A stretch of 64,000 bases of DNA from an uncultured Verrucomicrobiae bacterium. Its GTDB lineage: Bacteria > Verrucomicrobiota > Verrucomicrobiia > Chthoniobacterales > Chthoniobacteraceae. This document shows positions 17,715 through 27,704 of this stretch, in pieces (within the stretch, counting starts at the first letter, position 1; every line of letters begins with the position of its first letter). The stretch is from assembly GCA_963769025.1 (NCBI GenBank), contig CAVYKI010000009.1, forward strand, positions 544,001-608,000, in the 5' to 3' direction. Both the position numbers and the translations under genes were made by a program. Under the pieces are notes generated by a model that was given only the letters and a program-made list of their open reading frames with translations, was not told where the DNA came from and ran no database searches.

Positions 17715-20700
17715 CTACGTGCTGGTCTTTTTCAACTGGATGCGGAGCACCTGCCAGAGAATCACGAGCAGGACCGCGGAGGTGAGGATGAGGATCGCGC
17801 CGTTGCGGAGGTAAATGCTGATGGTGATCCCTCCGCGCGGCGAGCCGAACATGAAGTGGTGCTTTTCCGGGCTGAAGAAGGGATTCACGTAGTAGTTGCG
17901 ACGGTAGTCGTTCTGCTCGGTCTCCGCCTTCGCGACCATGTCGGCGATCTTTTGGTTTGAGTAGAGCTGGTCCGCGGTCACGCCGAGCGGACGCGCGCGG
18001 AAGTCGAACAAGGAGGGCTTCCTGCCGGCGATGATTTTGTCCACCCGTCCCAGCCGCTTGTCCACTTCGCTTGCGGAGTCGGATTCGAGTCCGCTGAGCT
18101 GGGCGAGCGTGTCCTTCAAATCGTCGAGCCGTTCGTCCTCCGCTTCGGTGCGTTCGGTCTTTGCGGCGAGCGCCTCGATGGCCTTCTGCAGGCGCTGCTG
18201 GCGGATGGCGAGAGAGTTCAGTTTTGCCTGTGCGACGACGAGCGCCTCGTAGCTGTAATGCGTGGCGACGAGGCGGCTGATGAAGGGCACGCTCAGCTTC
18301 TTGTCGCCCTCCATGTCCGTCGGCTGGCTCGTTGCCGCGAACCATCGCTGGAACGCGTAGAGGATGCTGGGGTCGCGGTTCATCTCCTCGTACTTGATCA
18401 GCGCGCCGCCGAAGATGAGCTGCGGGATGAGGATCAGGGGCACGAGCATCGCGCCGGTCTTCGAGTTCGGGACCAGCGCCGAGACGAGCAGGCCGAGGGA
18501 AATTCCGCTGACGGCCGTGAGGAAGGTCCACAGGAAGTATTCGAAGAACATCCCGCGGACTTCGAGGACGGCGTTGCCGACGAGGATGAACAGCGTGCAT
18601 TGCAGCGCGGAGAATGCGCATAGCGTGAGGAATTTCGCCGTGACGTAGTAGCCGACGCGGACGTCGAGGTTGCGCTCTCGCTGGAGGATGGTGCGGTCGC
18701 GGATGATGTCCTCGACGCTGTTCATCAGCGCGAGGAAGAGCGCGACGAGCAGGCTGATGAAAATGTAGGTCGGGATGTGAAACGCCGAGGCGAAGACGTA
18801 GGGCCGGTCATTTTCCTCGGTGAAGTAGAGCGCCCAGCCCACCACGAGGGCGAGCAGCGGCGGCGCGAGCAGCGTGACGAGCAGGCTGGCGATGTTGCGG
18901 AGCTTCGAGAGGAATGCGCGCCGCAGGAGCACGTGGAATTGCAGCCATTCCTCGCGCCAGCGGATCTGGCGCGGAGCGGGCTGGCGGCGGACTTCCGGGA
19001 TCAGCGTCGTGCTCGTGGCCGCCGCAGAGGTCTGCTTGCGCAGGGACACCTGCTTCATTTCCTGCGTGAGCCGGTAGGTCTCGTAGCGGTCGCGCCAGAA
19101 ATCCGGGGAGAATCGGCGGGCCGGGAGGAGCTGCCCGTTGCTCCCTTCCTCGAGGATGACTTCGCCGCTCAGGTCGTGGAGCGGCGTCTCGAGGACGTCG
19201 AAGCAGAACTCCGGGCTGCCGCCCTCGCTCTTCACGCCATGCACGCTCACTTTTTCCTCCGTCGCGGCGTCCGTGAAATAGTGCATCATCTCGTCGGGCG
19301 ATCCGTAGAAGACGAGCTTGCCGCCGCGGTCGAGCAGCACGGCCTTGTTGAACATGTGGAAGAGCCGCGCGCTCGGCTGGTGGATGACGACGAGGACGAT
19401 CTTGTTGTGCGAGAGGCCCCGGATGATTTCGATGACGTGCTCGCTGTCCTTCGAGCTGAGCCCGCTGGTCGGCTCGTCGAACAGGAAAATGTCGGCCGAG
19501 CTGATCATGTCGAGGCCGATGTTCAGCCGCTTGCGCTCGCCGCCGGAGAGCGTCTTTTTTTCCACGGAGCCGACGGTGACGTCGCGGCGCTCGCTCAGGC
19601 CGAGTTCGACGAGGCGGCTGTCCACGCGGCGTCTGCGGTCTCCTTTGCCGAGGTGCGGGGAACGGATCGCCGCGGCGTAGTCCAGGTTTTCCTCGACGGT
19701 GAGGTGGTCGTCGAACGCGTCATCCTGCGGGATGAATGCGATGAAGCGTTTGAACTTTTCGAGGTTTTCGTAGAGGTCCTGGCGGTTGAGCAGGATCTTC
19801 CCGCGGGACGGCGGAAGGCGCCCCGCGATGGCGCGAAGGAGCGTGCTTTTTCCGGAGCCGCTGCCTCCCATGACGCACACGATGTCGCCGCGCGTGAGGT
19901 TGAAATTGATGCCGTCGAGACCGGTGACGCTGTCGCCAAAGAGGCACGTGACGTCGCGCAGTTCGAGCGAGGAGACGATGTTGCGTTCCTCCTCGATGAT
20001 GCGCTCGCTGAAGTCGCACCGCAGCCCCTGGCCGGCATCGATGCGGATGAAGTCGCCGTCCTTCAGTTCGCAGCTTCCGCCCGCCGGCACGATCCGCTCG
20101 CCGACGGTGATGGGCCGCGCGGCGTTGATGACGTCGAGCCTGCCGACCTTGTTGTCGAAATCGCAGTCCACCTTCAGCAGGATCTCGCCCGCCGCGCCGG
20201 GCGAGAGGAGGATGTCGTCCACATCGAGCAGGCCCGGGTTGCTCGAGACGCGGTAGGTGTTCTTGTAGCTTTTCAGCAGGAAGCGGACGCCGAGCGCGCG
20301 GGCCTTGCGGCGGAGTTCGGTGAGCGAGAGCTCGGCCTCGTTGCGGAAAATGATCCGATCTTCCTGCGTGGCGTTGAGCATCGTGCCGGCGCGGAGGGCG
20401 ATGCCGTTGAGCCGCGCGTCCACGTTCTTCAGGGCGCGCACCTGGACCTTCAGGCCGAAGCGCACTTCCAGCGCGCTGTCCCGCGTGCGTACGCGGGAGA
20501 GTTCCACTTCGTCCTCGTCGCTGACCTCGACATAGACGTGCGTGGTGAGCACGCCCTTCTTCGCATTGAAAAAGGAGACGATGTCCTCGTAGGTGAGCAC
20601 CTGCTCGTCGAGCAGCACGCGCTGCCCGGAAAAAATGCGGGAGAATGTGCCGGGGACCAAGGGACGTCCGCGGACATAGACGGGCCGCTGGCTGGCGTTC

Positions 20701-21356
20701 TTCAGCAGGAGCAGCGTCTGGTATCGGAATGCGATGAGGAGTTCGCCGGCGCGCAGGCTTTTCAGCCACACATCCGCCTGGGCATCGCGGCCAAAGGTGA
20801 TCACTTCGAGCGGCAGTTGCCCGGTCTGCGCGACGCCTTGGTCCGCCTTGTCGCCGGCCTGGAGCTGATGGACGATCTCGATGGCCTGCGCCGCCATGCC
20901 GAGCCGCTCCATGAAGCCGTAGAACGCAGGCATCTGCTGCTGGTTCTTGTTGGAGCGCGCAATGATGTCGTAGAGCTGCACGCCGAGGATGATTTTCTGC
21001 TCCGGCGAAAGCATGCGGCCGAGCCGATCGCCCATGGCGTTCAGATCCTGATGCTGGCCGAGCGCTTCGCGGAACTGCCGCCGCATGTCCTCGTAGATGC
21101 CGCCGGGAAAACCGTGGCGCAGGAGCCCGAGCACCGTGTCCACTTCCTCCTCGACGAGTTCGCCGTCGTTCTTCGAAAAGCCGGCGAGCACCTGGATGAC
21201 GAGCGGGAAGAGGCTGTAGTCCTCCGCCGGGCGCGTCCTGCCCGAAAATTTGCGCCAGCTCCGGGAGACGAAACGGAGAGCCGCACGGACGGGCGACAGA
21301 AGGCTCTTGCGTATCGGTGGTGTGGCGGTGCGGGCTGCGTCAGCTGGGCTGCTCAT
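17715..21356 (-). CDS. ABC transporter ATPase-permease fusion (ABCG/ABC-2 type) with long N-terminal TerB-like and FHA-like regions
   Basis: Walker A GGSGSGKST, LSGGERKR, FLFDEPTSGL, IHQPS and a C-terminal ABC-2 permease (RERNLD, LIPQLIFGG). N-terminal FSKNDGELVEEEV is TerB-like. Start could be the GTG at 21383. Confidence 0.88.
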   Translation of the reverse strand: MSSPADAARTATPPIRKSLLSPVRAALRFVSRSWRKFSGRTRPAEDYSLFPLVIQVLAGFSKNDGELVEEEVDTVLGLLRHGFPGGIYEDMRRQFREALGQHQDLNAMGDRLGRMLSPEQKIILGVQLYDIIARSNKNQQQMPAFYGFMERLGMAAQAIEIVHQLQAGDKADQGVAQTGQLPLEVITFGRDAQADVWLKSLRAGELLIAFRYQTLLLLKNASQRPVYVRGRPLVPGTFSRIFSGQRVLLDEQVLTYEDIVSFFNAKKGVLTTHVYVEVSDEDEVELSRVRTRDSALEVRFGLKVQVRALKNVDARLNGIALRAGTMLNATQEDRIIFRNEAELSLTELRRKARALGVRFLLKSYKNTYRVSSNPGLLDVDDILLSPGAAGEILLKVDCDFDNKVGRLDVINAARPITVGERIVPAGGSCELKDGDFIRIDAGQGLRCDFSERIIEEERNIVSSLELRDVTCLFGDSVTGLDGINFNLTRGDIVCVMGGSGSGKSTLLRAIAGRLPPSRGKILLNRQDLYENLEKFKRFIAFIPQDDAFDDHLTVEENLDYAAAIRSPHLGKGDRRRRVDSRLVELGLSERRDVTVGSVEKKTLSGGERKRLNIGLDMISSADIFLFDEPTSGLSSKDSEHVIEIIRGLSHNKIVLVVIHQPSARLFHMFNKAVLLDRGGKLVFYGSPDEMMHYFTDAATEEKVSVHGVKSEGGSPEFCFDVLETPLHDLSGEVILEEGSNGQLLPARRFSPDFWRDRYETYRLTQEMKQVSLRKQTSAAATSTTLIPEVRRQPAPRQIRWREEWLQFHVLLRRAFLSKLRNIASLLVTLLAPPLLALVVGWALYFTEENDRPYVFASAFHIPTYIFISLLVALFLALMNSVEDIIRDRTILQRERNLDVRVGYYVTAKFLTLCAFSALQCTLFILVGNAVLEVRGMFFEYFLWTFLTAVSGISLGLLVSALVPNSKTGAMLVPLILIPQLIFGGALIKYEEMNRDPSILYAFQRWFAATSQPTDMEGDKKLSVPFISRLVATHYSYEALVVAQAKLNSLAIRQQRLQKAIEALAAKTERTEAEDERLDDLKDTLAQLSGLESDSASEVDKRLGRVDKIIAGRKPSLFDFRARPLGVTADQLYSNQKIADMVAKAETEQNDYRRNYYVNPFFSPEKHHFMFGSPRGGITISIYLRNGAILILTSAVLLVILWQVLRIQLKKTST

Positions 21357-21454
21357 GTTTGGTGTGACCGGCGCGACGGACACGCGAGGGGAGTATCACC
21401 CGCAATGCCGCGGTGTCCACCACGGCGCGTGAAAATCCCGGCGCACCGCGCGCG

Positions 21455-22248
21455 TCAGGCCTCGGGCGGCGTGGCAAAATCGTGTGCGTTCGCCGGCGGG
21501 CGCGCTGCCGGTCGCACGCCATGCGTGGTCATCGCGGGCTGCCGCATCGGCAGGGGAACTGCGCCGCTTTTCCGCGAACACCGCGACGCCGATGACCCCG
21601 GCGTTGGTCGCGTTTCCATGGCGACGATGCCCGTAGCTGTCGAACATCGTCCCGAACCGGAAGGCTGCCACGGTCGACTGGCTCGTCCGGAATCCCTCGA
21701 CCGCCAGCGTCTCGAATGGTGCAAGCACGTAGCCGCGCTTCTTGAATGACGCGGGCTTGCCATCCATCGCATCCAGCCCGTCCACGCTGACCAGCACCTC
21801 CACGGCGCGGCGTCCGTCGTTCTTGAGCACTACCTCGTAGCGCGCAGTCCGCTCGGCCGTCGCGATCCGATGCCCGCGCGCTTCGCGACATTCGAGCCAT
21901 GCCCCGTTTCCCGCGCGCAAACCGATCCGGACGAGGCCGCCGGCCGCGTCCTGCAAGCCGTCGGCAGTCCGTGACTGGCCTCCGAGGAAATCGAGCATCG
22001 CATTCGCGCCGTCGCGATCGTTGTAGTAAATCCGTTCCTGCCCGGATGGCCGCCCGGCCGAAGCCCGCGCGAATGGCGCCGGTTCCACCCACGACTCGCG
22101 CTGTTCGCCCCACGAGGTGCCGAGGCCGGGACGTTCCTGCGCAGGTGCGAATCCGGTGCGCCGCGTCGCATCGGCACGCTCCGGCTTCGTCGCGCATCCG
22201 GAAAGGATGACGGCGGCGAACGAGCAGGGCGGCGCGGGCGGGATTCAT
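21455..22248 (-). CDS. Conserved hypothetical lipoprotein (two apparent frameshifts)
   Basis: Reconstructed MNPARAALL.AAVILSGC lipobox, RPGLGTSWGE, VLVSVDGLDAMDGKPASFKKRGYVL, AAFRFG, GVIGVAVF, ending DFATPPEA. ATG overlaps the upstream stop. Confidence 0.65.
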
Positions 22249-22946
22249 CGGCGATGAGTGTCCACGACACCGCGCCAGAATGCCGGGAAGTCTGCAAAGA
22301 GTTTTTCCATCGCCTCGCGTTCGACTTTTGCCCGGGCGCGCTGGATGACCTCGTCGCCACCCCACGCCATCGTGATGCCGGAACGTGCCCGGCTCTTTTC
22401 GATCGTTCCGTAAATGTAGCCCGTGCGCGTGTCCACGAGCGCCGCGAGCGCCGTCGAGATCAGTTCGTAGCGCTTGTTCGGCAGGAGCCCGAGGGAAAGC
22501 TCGGTCAGGGGCGCGATGATTCGCCCGTCGGTCGCCTGCGTCTCCGTCGCCAGGATCAACACGGCATCCGCATGCAGCTTCGCCGCCGCCTCGCGGAGAC
22601 GCAGATCGGCCTTCGGATCGGTGCCGGATCGATGTTCGTTCCGTGAGCACCGGACTGACGATTGCAATTCGCGCGAGCTGCGGCAGCGAACTCCACGCGT
22701 CGAGCGTCCCGTGTGCGGAGAGGGCGCGGAGATGATCGCGGGTGTCCCGACTGTTGGATGCCACCGCGATGGTGCGCGGGAAAGCGGATCGCCGGCTTTG
22801 CGTTGAAGGCGCGCGCGATGAGCGGATCGGAGAACGCCACGCGCTTCGCCTCGAGGGAGCGGGCGACGGCGGGGGAGTTGACATACGAGGTGCAGCCGGA
22901 CGCGAGGAGCACAGTGGCGAGGACGAGAATGCGAGCTGGAGTTCAT
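22245..22946 (-). CDS. Hypothetical lipoprotein (apparent frameshifts)
   Basis: Lipobox VLLASGC in one frame; C-terminal LRLREAAAKLHADAVLI...ALVDTRTGYIYGT in ORF 22245..23039. Confidence 0.6.
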   Translation of the reverse strand: MNSSSHSRPRHCAPRVRLHLVCQLPRRRPLPRGEARGVLRSAHRARLQRKAGDPLSRAPSRWHPTVGTPAIISAPSPHTGRSTRGVRCRSSRELQSSVRCSRNEHRSGTDPKADLRLREAAAKLHADAVLILATETQATDGRIIAPLTELSLGLLPNKRYELISTALAALVDTRTGYIYGTIEKSRARSGITMAWGGDEVIQRARAKVEREAMEKLFADFPAFWRGVVDTHRR

Positions 22947-22947
22947 G

Positions 22948-23006
22948 TGCTGGAAAACCAGCAGGAAGACCATCAAGCCGCAAGCTCTTTTGCTAAAAAT
23001 ACTGCA
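22948..23006. promoter_or_regulatory. Two candidate operator sites (TGC-N10-GCA) in the divergent intergenic region
   Basis: Perfect palindrome TGCTGG-AAAA-CCAGCA at 22948-22963 and related TGCTAAAAATACTGCA at 22991-23006. Confidence 0.55.
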
Positions 23007-23049
23007 TTTGAGTTGACCGACCCACGTTGCACTGCCCATCGTCCCGCCT

Positions 23050-23433
23050 GTGCCAGCCAGCCATCACGACCACGATCCCTTGTCCCGCCGCGAGCGGCAG
23101 ATCATGGACGTCATCTGGCGCTCGGGCCGCGCGACCGCGTCGGAAATCCACGCGCATCTGCCGGATGCCCCGAGCTACTCCGCGGTCCGCGCGCTGCTCG
23201 CCGTGCTCGTGGGCAAGGGGCACCTCCGCCACGAGCGCGACGGCAAACGCTACGTGTACGAGCCGCTCGCGTCGCAAGAAAACGCCGGGAAGAGCGCGCT
23301 GCGGCGGCTGCTCTCCACCTTTTTCAAGAACAGCCCCGCCAACCTCGTGGCGACGCTGCTTGACCCGAAGGATCTCGATGCGTCCGAACTCGCACGGATC
23401 AAGGAACTCATTGATCGGAAAAGGAAGAAATGA
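23050..23433 (+). CDS. BlaI/MecI/CopY family transcriptional repressor
   Basis: LSRRERQIMDVIW, PSYSAVRALL, DGKRYVY, LLSTFFKNS...ELARIKELI. Confidence 0.93.
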   Translation: MPASHHDHDPLSRRERQIMDVIWRSGRATASEIHAHLPDAPSYSAVRALLAVLVGKGHLRHERDGKRYVYEPLASQENAGKSALRRLLSTFFKNSPANLVATLLDPKDLDASELARIKELIDRKRKK

Positions 23434-24452
23434 ACCTGCCCGCCTTCCAAGATTGGGTGTTTCGCAGCGTCGCCGTCGGCGGTGTGGCCACAGCATGCGT
23501 CCTCCTTTGCCCTCCGAACTGGCGCGTGCGCGTCCGGCAGGTGGTGCCGGTCGTCGCGTTTGCCGTGCTCATCGCCCTCGGCGCCGGGCTCCTCGGACCG
23601 CTGCCGACTTTCGAGATGAAGGCGCCGGCGATCTTGGAACGCCTGGCAGCGTCGGCGGGTGACTGGATTGCGCCGTGGCTCGCGTGGACGTTCGCCCTGG
23701 TCGCGTTGCTCCTCCTTGCGCGCAACGTCGCAGGAATGGCCGCCGTCTCGCGTCTTGTGAATCAGTCGCGTCCGGTGCGCGGCCGTGCGTGGAGCGCGCT
23801 GCTCGACGAATGCCAGCGCACGCTGGGCCTTAGTGGGCGCGTCCGCCTGTTGCTCGCCGGGCCCGGATTCGTGCCGAGTGCGACGGGGCTTTTCCGCCGG
23901 ACGGTGCTCTTTCCGGATGAGGCATTGCACTGGACACTCGAACAGCGCCGGCTCGTGTTGCTCCATGAACTCGGCCATTTCCGCCGCGGCGACCTGTGGA
24001 CCCATGCGCTCGGCCAGATCGCATGCGCCGTTCATTGGTTCAATCCGTTCGTATGGATGCTGCACCGGCATCTCGCGCTTGAGCGGGAATTCGCCTGCGA
24101 CGCGCTCGTCGTCGCACGCGGCGCTGCGCGGGAGGATTACGCCTCGCTGCTGTGGGAAATGGGCGTCGCTGCAAGCAGACCGCGGCTGGTTTCCGCCGCC
24201 TATCTCGCGATGGCTGCGCCGGGCCGCGGGAAACTGGAGCAGAGGGTCCGCCGCATCCTCGCGCCGGCAGGTGACGTCGGGTTGTGGCTGCGCGCGGCGG
24301 ATTCAGTGCTGTGCGCCGGCGGGGCGCTACTGCTGGTGCTGTGCGCCTCGTTCAAGCCCGTGATCGTCAGGACGCTGCTCGACACCACGCCGTGGACGCC
24401 GCATGAAATCTCGGCACGACTTTCCGCCGATCCATTTCCCGGCGGGCGGTAG
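23430..24452 (+). CDS. M56 family (BlaR1/MecR1-like) membrane metallopeptidase
   Basis: VLLHELGHFRRGD, VHWFNPFVW, EREFACD, YASLL, LEQRVRRIL; overlaps the BlaI stop (ATGA). Confidence 0.92.
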   Translation: MNLPAFQDWVFRSVAVGGVATACVLLCPPNWRVRVRQVVPVVAFAVLIALGAGLLGPLPTFEMKAPAILERLAASAGDWIAPWLAWTFALVALLLLARNVAGMAAVSRLVNQSRPVRGRAWSALLDECQRTLGLSGRVRLLLAGPGFVPSATGLFRRTVLFPDEALHWTLEQRRLVLLHELGHFRRGDLWTHALGQIACAVHWFNPFVWMLHRHLALEREFACDALVVARGAAREDYASLLWEMGVAASRPRLVSAAYLAMAAPGRGKLEQRVRRILAPAGDVGLWLRAADSVLCAGGALLLVLCASFKPVIVRTLLDTTPWTPHEISARLSADPFPGGR

Positions 24453-24771
24453 GAAGGTGAGAGGGACAGCGCACAAGCGGCGCGCTTGCGAAAACCGGCG
24501 GCGCCCGTAGGAACGCCCGACATGTCACCGGTCTGCATGGAATCGAAATGTGCGCCTGCTGGCGCACGGATGGAAACGCCGGCCGCGCGTGAAAGGAAAG
24601 GGCACCACGGTCGTGCTCGGAAACATCGGCCGGCAGGATTTCTTCCTCGGAGAGCCGCGCTGGCTCCCGAAGCCGGCGAAGTAGGAGCGGACATGCGGGC
24701 TCTGCGCGGCGTGGAGGGGTGCGGAGGACTTTCCCCTTTCAAGCGATCCGATCGCATCGCATCCTCGCGTC

Positions 24772-24990
24772 ATGAACGCCGCCCAACAGCAAATCCTCGA
24801 CAAGGTGATCGAAATGCTCAGTGAACACTTCGACCACGCGATCGTCGCCGTCGGCTGCTACGACGAGGACAAGCAGTATTCCACCGCCGCGACCTACAGC
24901 GGCGGCGTGGCCCCGGCGCTCGGCCTGTGCAAGCTCTACGAGACGAAGTGGCAGAACGAACACCTCTGGGGCACGGACGAGGAAGACTAG
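24772..24990 (+). CDS. Small hypothetical protein (72 aa)
   Basis: Host-like GC3-rich codon usage and a plausible protein sequence (MNAAQQQILDKVIEMLSEHFDHAIVAV). Confidence 0.65.
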   Translation: MNAAQQQILDKVIEMLSEHFDHAIVAVGCYDEDKQYSTAATYSGGVAPALGLCKLYETKWQNEHLWGTDEED

Positions 24991-25088
24991 CGGCCTCTGC
25001 GATTCGGATCCGCCCGCCTCGTTCCCTCGGCGGCTGGGGGCACTGCACACTGGCCTTTTCCACGCGCGCCGCTACGTTCCCGCGCCCT

Positions 25089-26251
25089 ATGACCAGCGTC
25101 TGGAATTCCGCCCACCCCTGGCTCCGCGAACTCGTCTCCTACGAGCCGGGCAAGCCGATCGAGGACGTCGCGCGCGAGCTCGGCCTGCAGCCGCGGCGAC
25201 ATCATCAAGCTCGCCTCGAACGAAAACCCGCTCGGCCCTTCGCCGAAGGCGCTCGCCGCCATGCAGCGAGACGCTGGAGCGCGTCGCACTTTTACCCCGA
25301 TGGCGGCGGCTACTATCTGCGCGAGGCCATCGCGGAAAAGTTCGGCCTCGAGCATGGAGAACGTCATCCTCGGCTGCGGGTCGAACGAGATCATCGAATT
25401 CATCGGCAAGGCCTTCCTGAATCCCGGCGACGAGATCATCGCCGCGCGCCACGCCTTCGTCGTCTACAAGCTCATGGCCACGCTCTTCGGCGCGAACACC
25501 ATCGAGGTGCCCGACCCGAACTTCGCGCACGACCTCGACGCGCATGGCTCGCCGCGATCACCCCGCGCACGAAGGAAATCTTCATCGCGAATCCGAACAA
25601 CCCCACCGGCACGCTGCTGCTCGCAGGAGGAGATCGACCGCTTCATGGCAGCGCGTGCCCGAGCACGTCATCGTCGTCTTCGACGAGGCCTACTACGAGT
25701 TCCTGCGCGAACCCGCCCGACACGCTGAAGTACGTCCGCGAAGGCCGCAACGTCGTCGTCCTCCGCACCTTCTCGAAAATCCAGGGCCTCGCGAATCTCC
25801 GCATCGGCTACGGCCTCGCGCAAGCCGGAGCTCATCGACGTGCTGCAAAAGACCCGCCAGCCCTTCAACGCCAACGGCATCGCCCAGGCCGGCGCGCTCG
25901 CCGGCCTCGCTCGACGACGAGCACCAGCGCAAGACCCGCGACCTCACCATCGAGGGCCGCGAGTGGCTGCAAGCGCGAGTTCGCCGCGCTCGGCCTCGAG
26001 TTCGTCCCGAGCCACGCGAACTTCGTCCTCGTCCAAGTCGGCGACGGCAAGGCGGTCTTCCAGGCGCTCATGAAAGAGGGATCATCGTCCGCGACATGAC
26101 CGCCTACGGCCTGCCCGAATGGATCCGCGTGAGCATCGGCACCATGGAGCAAAACCGCCGCTTCCTCGCGGAGCTGAAGGCCCTCGGCGTGCTGCGGGAA
26201 GTAACGGGCCCGGCGAACGCTCGCGGCATCACCCCGGACGTTATGCAATGA
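25089..26251 (+). CDS. hisC: Histidinol-phosphate aminotransferase, broken by many single-base frameshifts (probable assembly error)
   Basis: YEPGKPIE, IIKLASNENPLGPSP, YPDGG, GCGSNEII, IANPNNPTG, FDEAYYEF, LRTFSK..GLA.LRIGY, SHANFVL and IRVSIGT are spread across all three frames. Confidence 0.9.
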
Positions 26252-26318
26252 CGCCCATTACGCGTTGGAAAGCAGCCGGGGCGACGAGGTGAAACGGGGC
26301 GGGAGCAGTGCCCCACCT

Positions 26319-27213
26319 TTATTCGCGGACCGTTCTTCCGTCGCCGTAGCTCACCGCGCGGGTGCCGTCCAGTGCGGGGAATTTCCCCTGCAGCAGCCGG
26401 TCGGTCGGTTTGATGTCTTTCCCGGGGCCGCCGAAATATTCGTATCCGGGTTCCGTCGAGTCGGGAGCGAGCGGGGAAAGGAGTTCTCTGGCAGGACCAA
26501 AATAGTTGGGGATCAATTCCTGCAGGTCCTTGGGGAGCGTGCCGCCGTTATCGCTCTGATAGTGTCGGATGGCCATGCTGATTGCCTTGGCAGTCATGAG
26601 AATCTTTCTGTATCTGATTCTCCAGCTCCAGATCCACCCTCCAGCCGAGCCAGGTCCTGCGGACATAACTCTTCGTGGCGATCGCCGACTTGTTTTGCTC
26701 GGGGCGAATCACGCGCGCGTTGACCACCGCAATCCCGCCATGATGGGTGGTGCCTGTGATCTCCACGACCGCCTCCCTGTTCTTCTCCAAGTTCTTTTCC
26801 ACTTCGGCAGGCGCCTTCTTCCTCATCGCCTCCACTTCCTTTTCAGGCTCGTCAAGAAGGTGCAGGCTGCTGGCGGTCACCATCCGCCGAACCGTCTTGA
26901 AGTCCACTCCCACGGAGGCCTGCAGAAACGTGCCCACCACGGCCGCGGGCGAGCGGTACGGCCAGAGGAAATATGCGGCGGCTCCGCCCGCCAACAGCAA
27001 CACGACGAGCAGCGGCAGCAGGAGCCGGCGCATCCGGCTTGGCTTCGGCGCGTGAGGGGCCGTCTTCGAAACAGGAGGCGGCGTATCGGGCTCCGGGGGT
27101 TCGGGCACCGTGAAGGTGTTTTGGCAGGTGGAGCAGATGCCCTCGGTGCCGGCGTCCTCCGAGGTCGCGGCGATGCGCTGGCCACAGTGCGGACAAGAAA
27201 ATTTGAACGTCAT
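26319..27213 (-). CDS. Hypothetical membrane-anchored protein: zinc ribbon, TM, NTF2-like region, pseudopilin-like C-terminal domain (frameshift near 26600)
   Basis: MTFKFSCPHCGQ...CSTCQ, Pro linker, TM; second frame AKAISMAIRHYQSDNGGTLPKDLQELIP...YEYFG...VSYGDG. Confidence 0.6.
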
Positions 27214-27450
27214 GGCAGGGGGACTGAATCGATTCAGCGGGGACGATGATACCTTTCGCCTAGTGGAAAAACCGCGTTTCCGGCGCGGTGTCAACTCCGC
27301 GGATAGCCGGCATGATAGTGCCGGATCCACGCGAGCAAGGACGGCGTCGCGTCTCGCCCGTCCCTGCGGGATGGGTGCATCCGCGCGAACCCGGGGTGAT
27401 GCGAATGGAACCCTGGCGGAAGGCCATGGGAGCCTCAACGCATTGGCATG

Positions 27451-27692
27451 CTTCCCACATGATGATTGTAGATGAGCTGATTGAAAACCCGATGGCGGCC
27501 ACACGACATTTGGATGCTGCCCGCATCACTTTACAACATCGTCCACCTAGCACTTGGAGACTGGCCACATGGCGTCGCGAACCGGCTCCCATCGAATCGG
27601 GAGATGGGCAACATGGCGATGGGCGCTGGTCCACACGGAGTCGGGGTCCGGGCCACACGGCTTTTCCATATGGCCCCCCTTGCGCTTCGAGA
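27451..27692. repeat. Cryptic degenerate 22-bp-period tandem repeat (~11 units)
   Basis: CCACA(T/C)G-like cores at 27455, 27499, 27521, 27543, 27565, 27587, 27609, 27631 and 27653, all in an exact 22-bp register. Confidence 0.65.
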
Positions 27693-27704
27693 TGCCTTCC
27701 TTGC

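Noticed and set aside
24453..24771. Possible ncRNA or riboswitch in the gap after the M56 gene
   Set aside because: Only a short hairpin (GTGCGCC-TGCT-GGCGCAC) and no recognisable family motif; an Rfam search would be needed.
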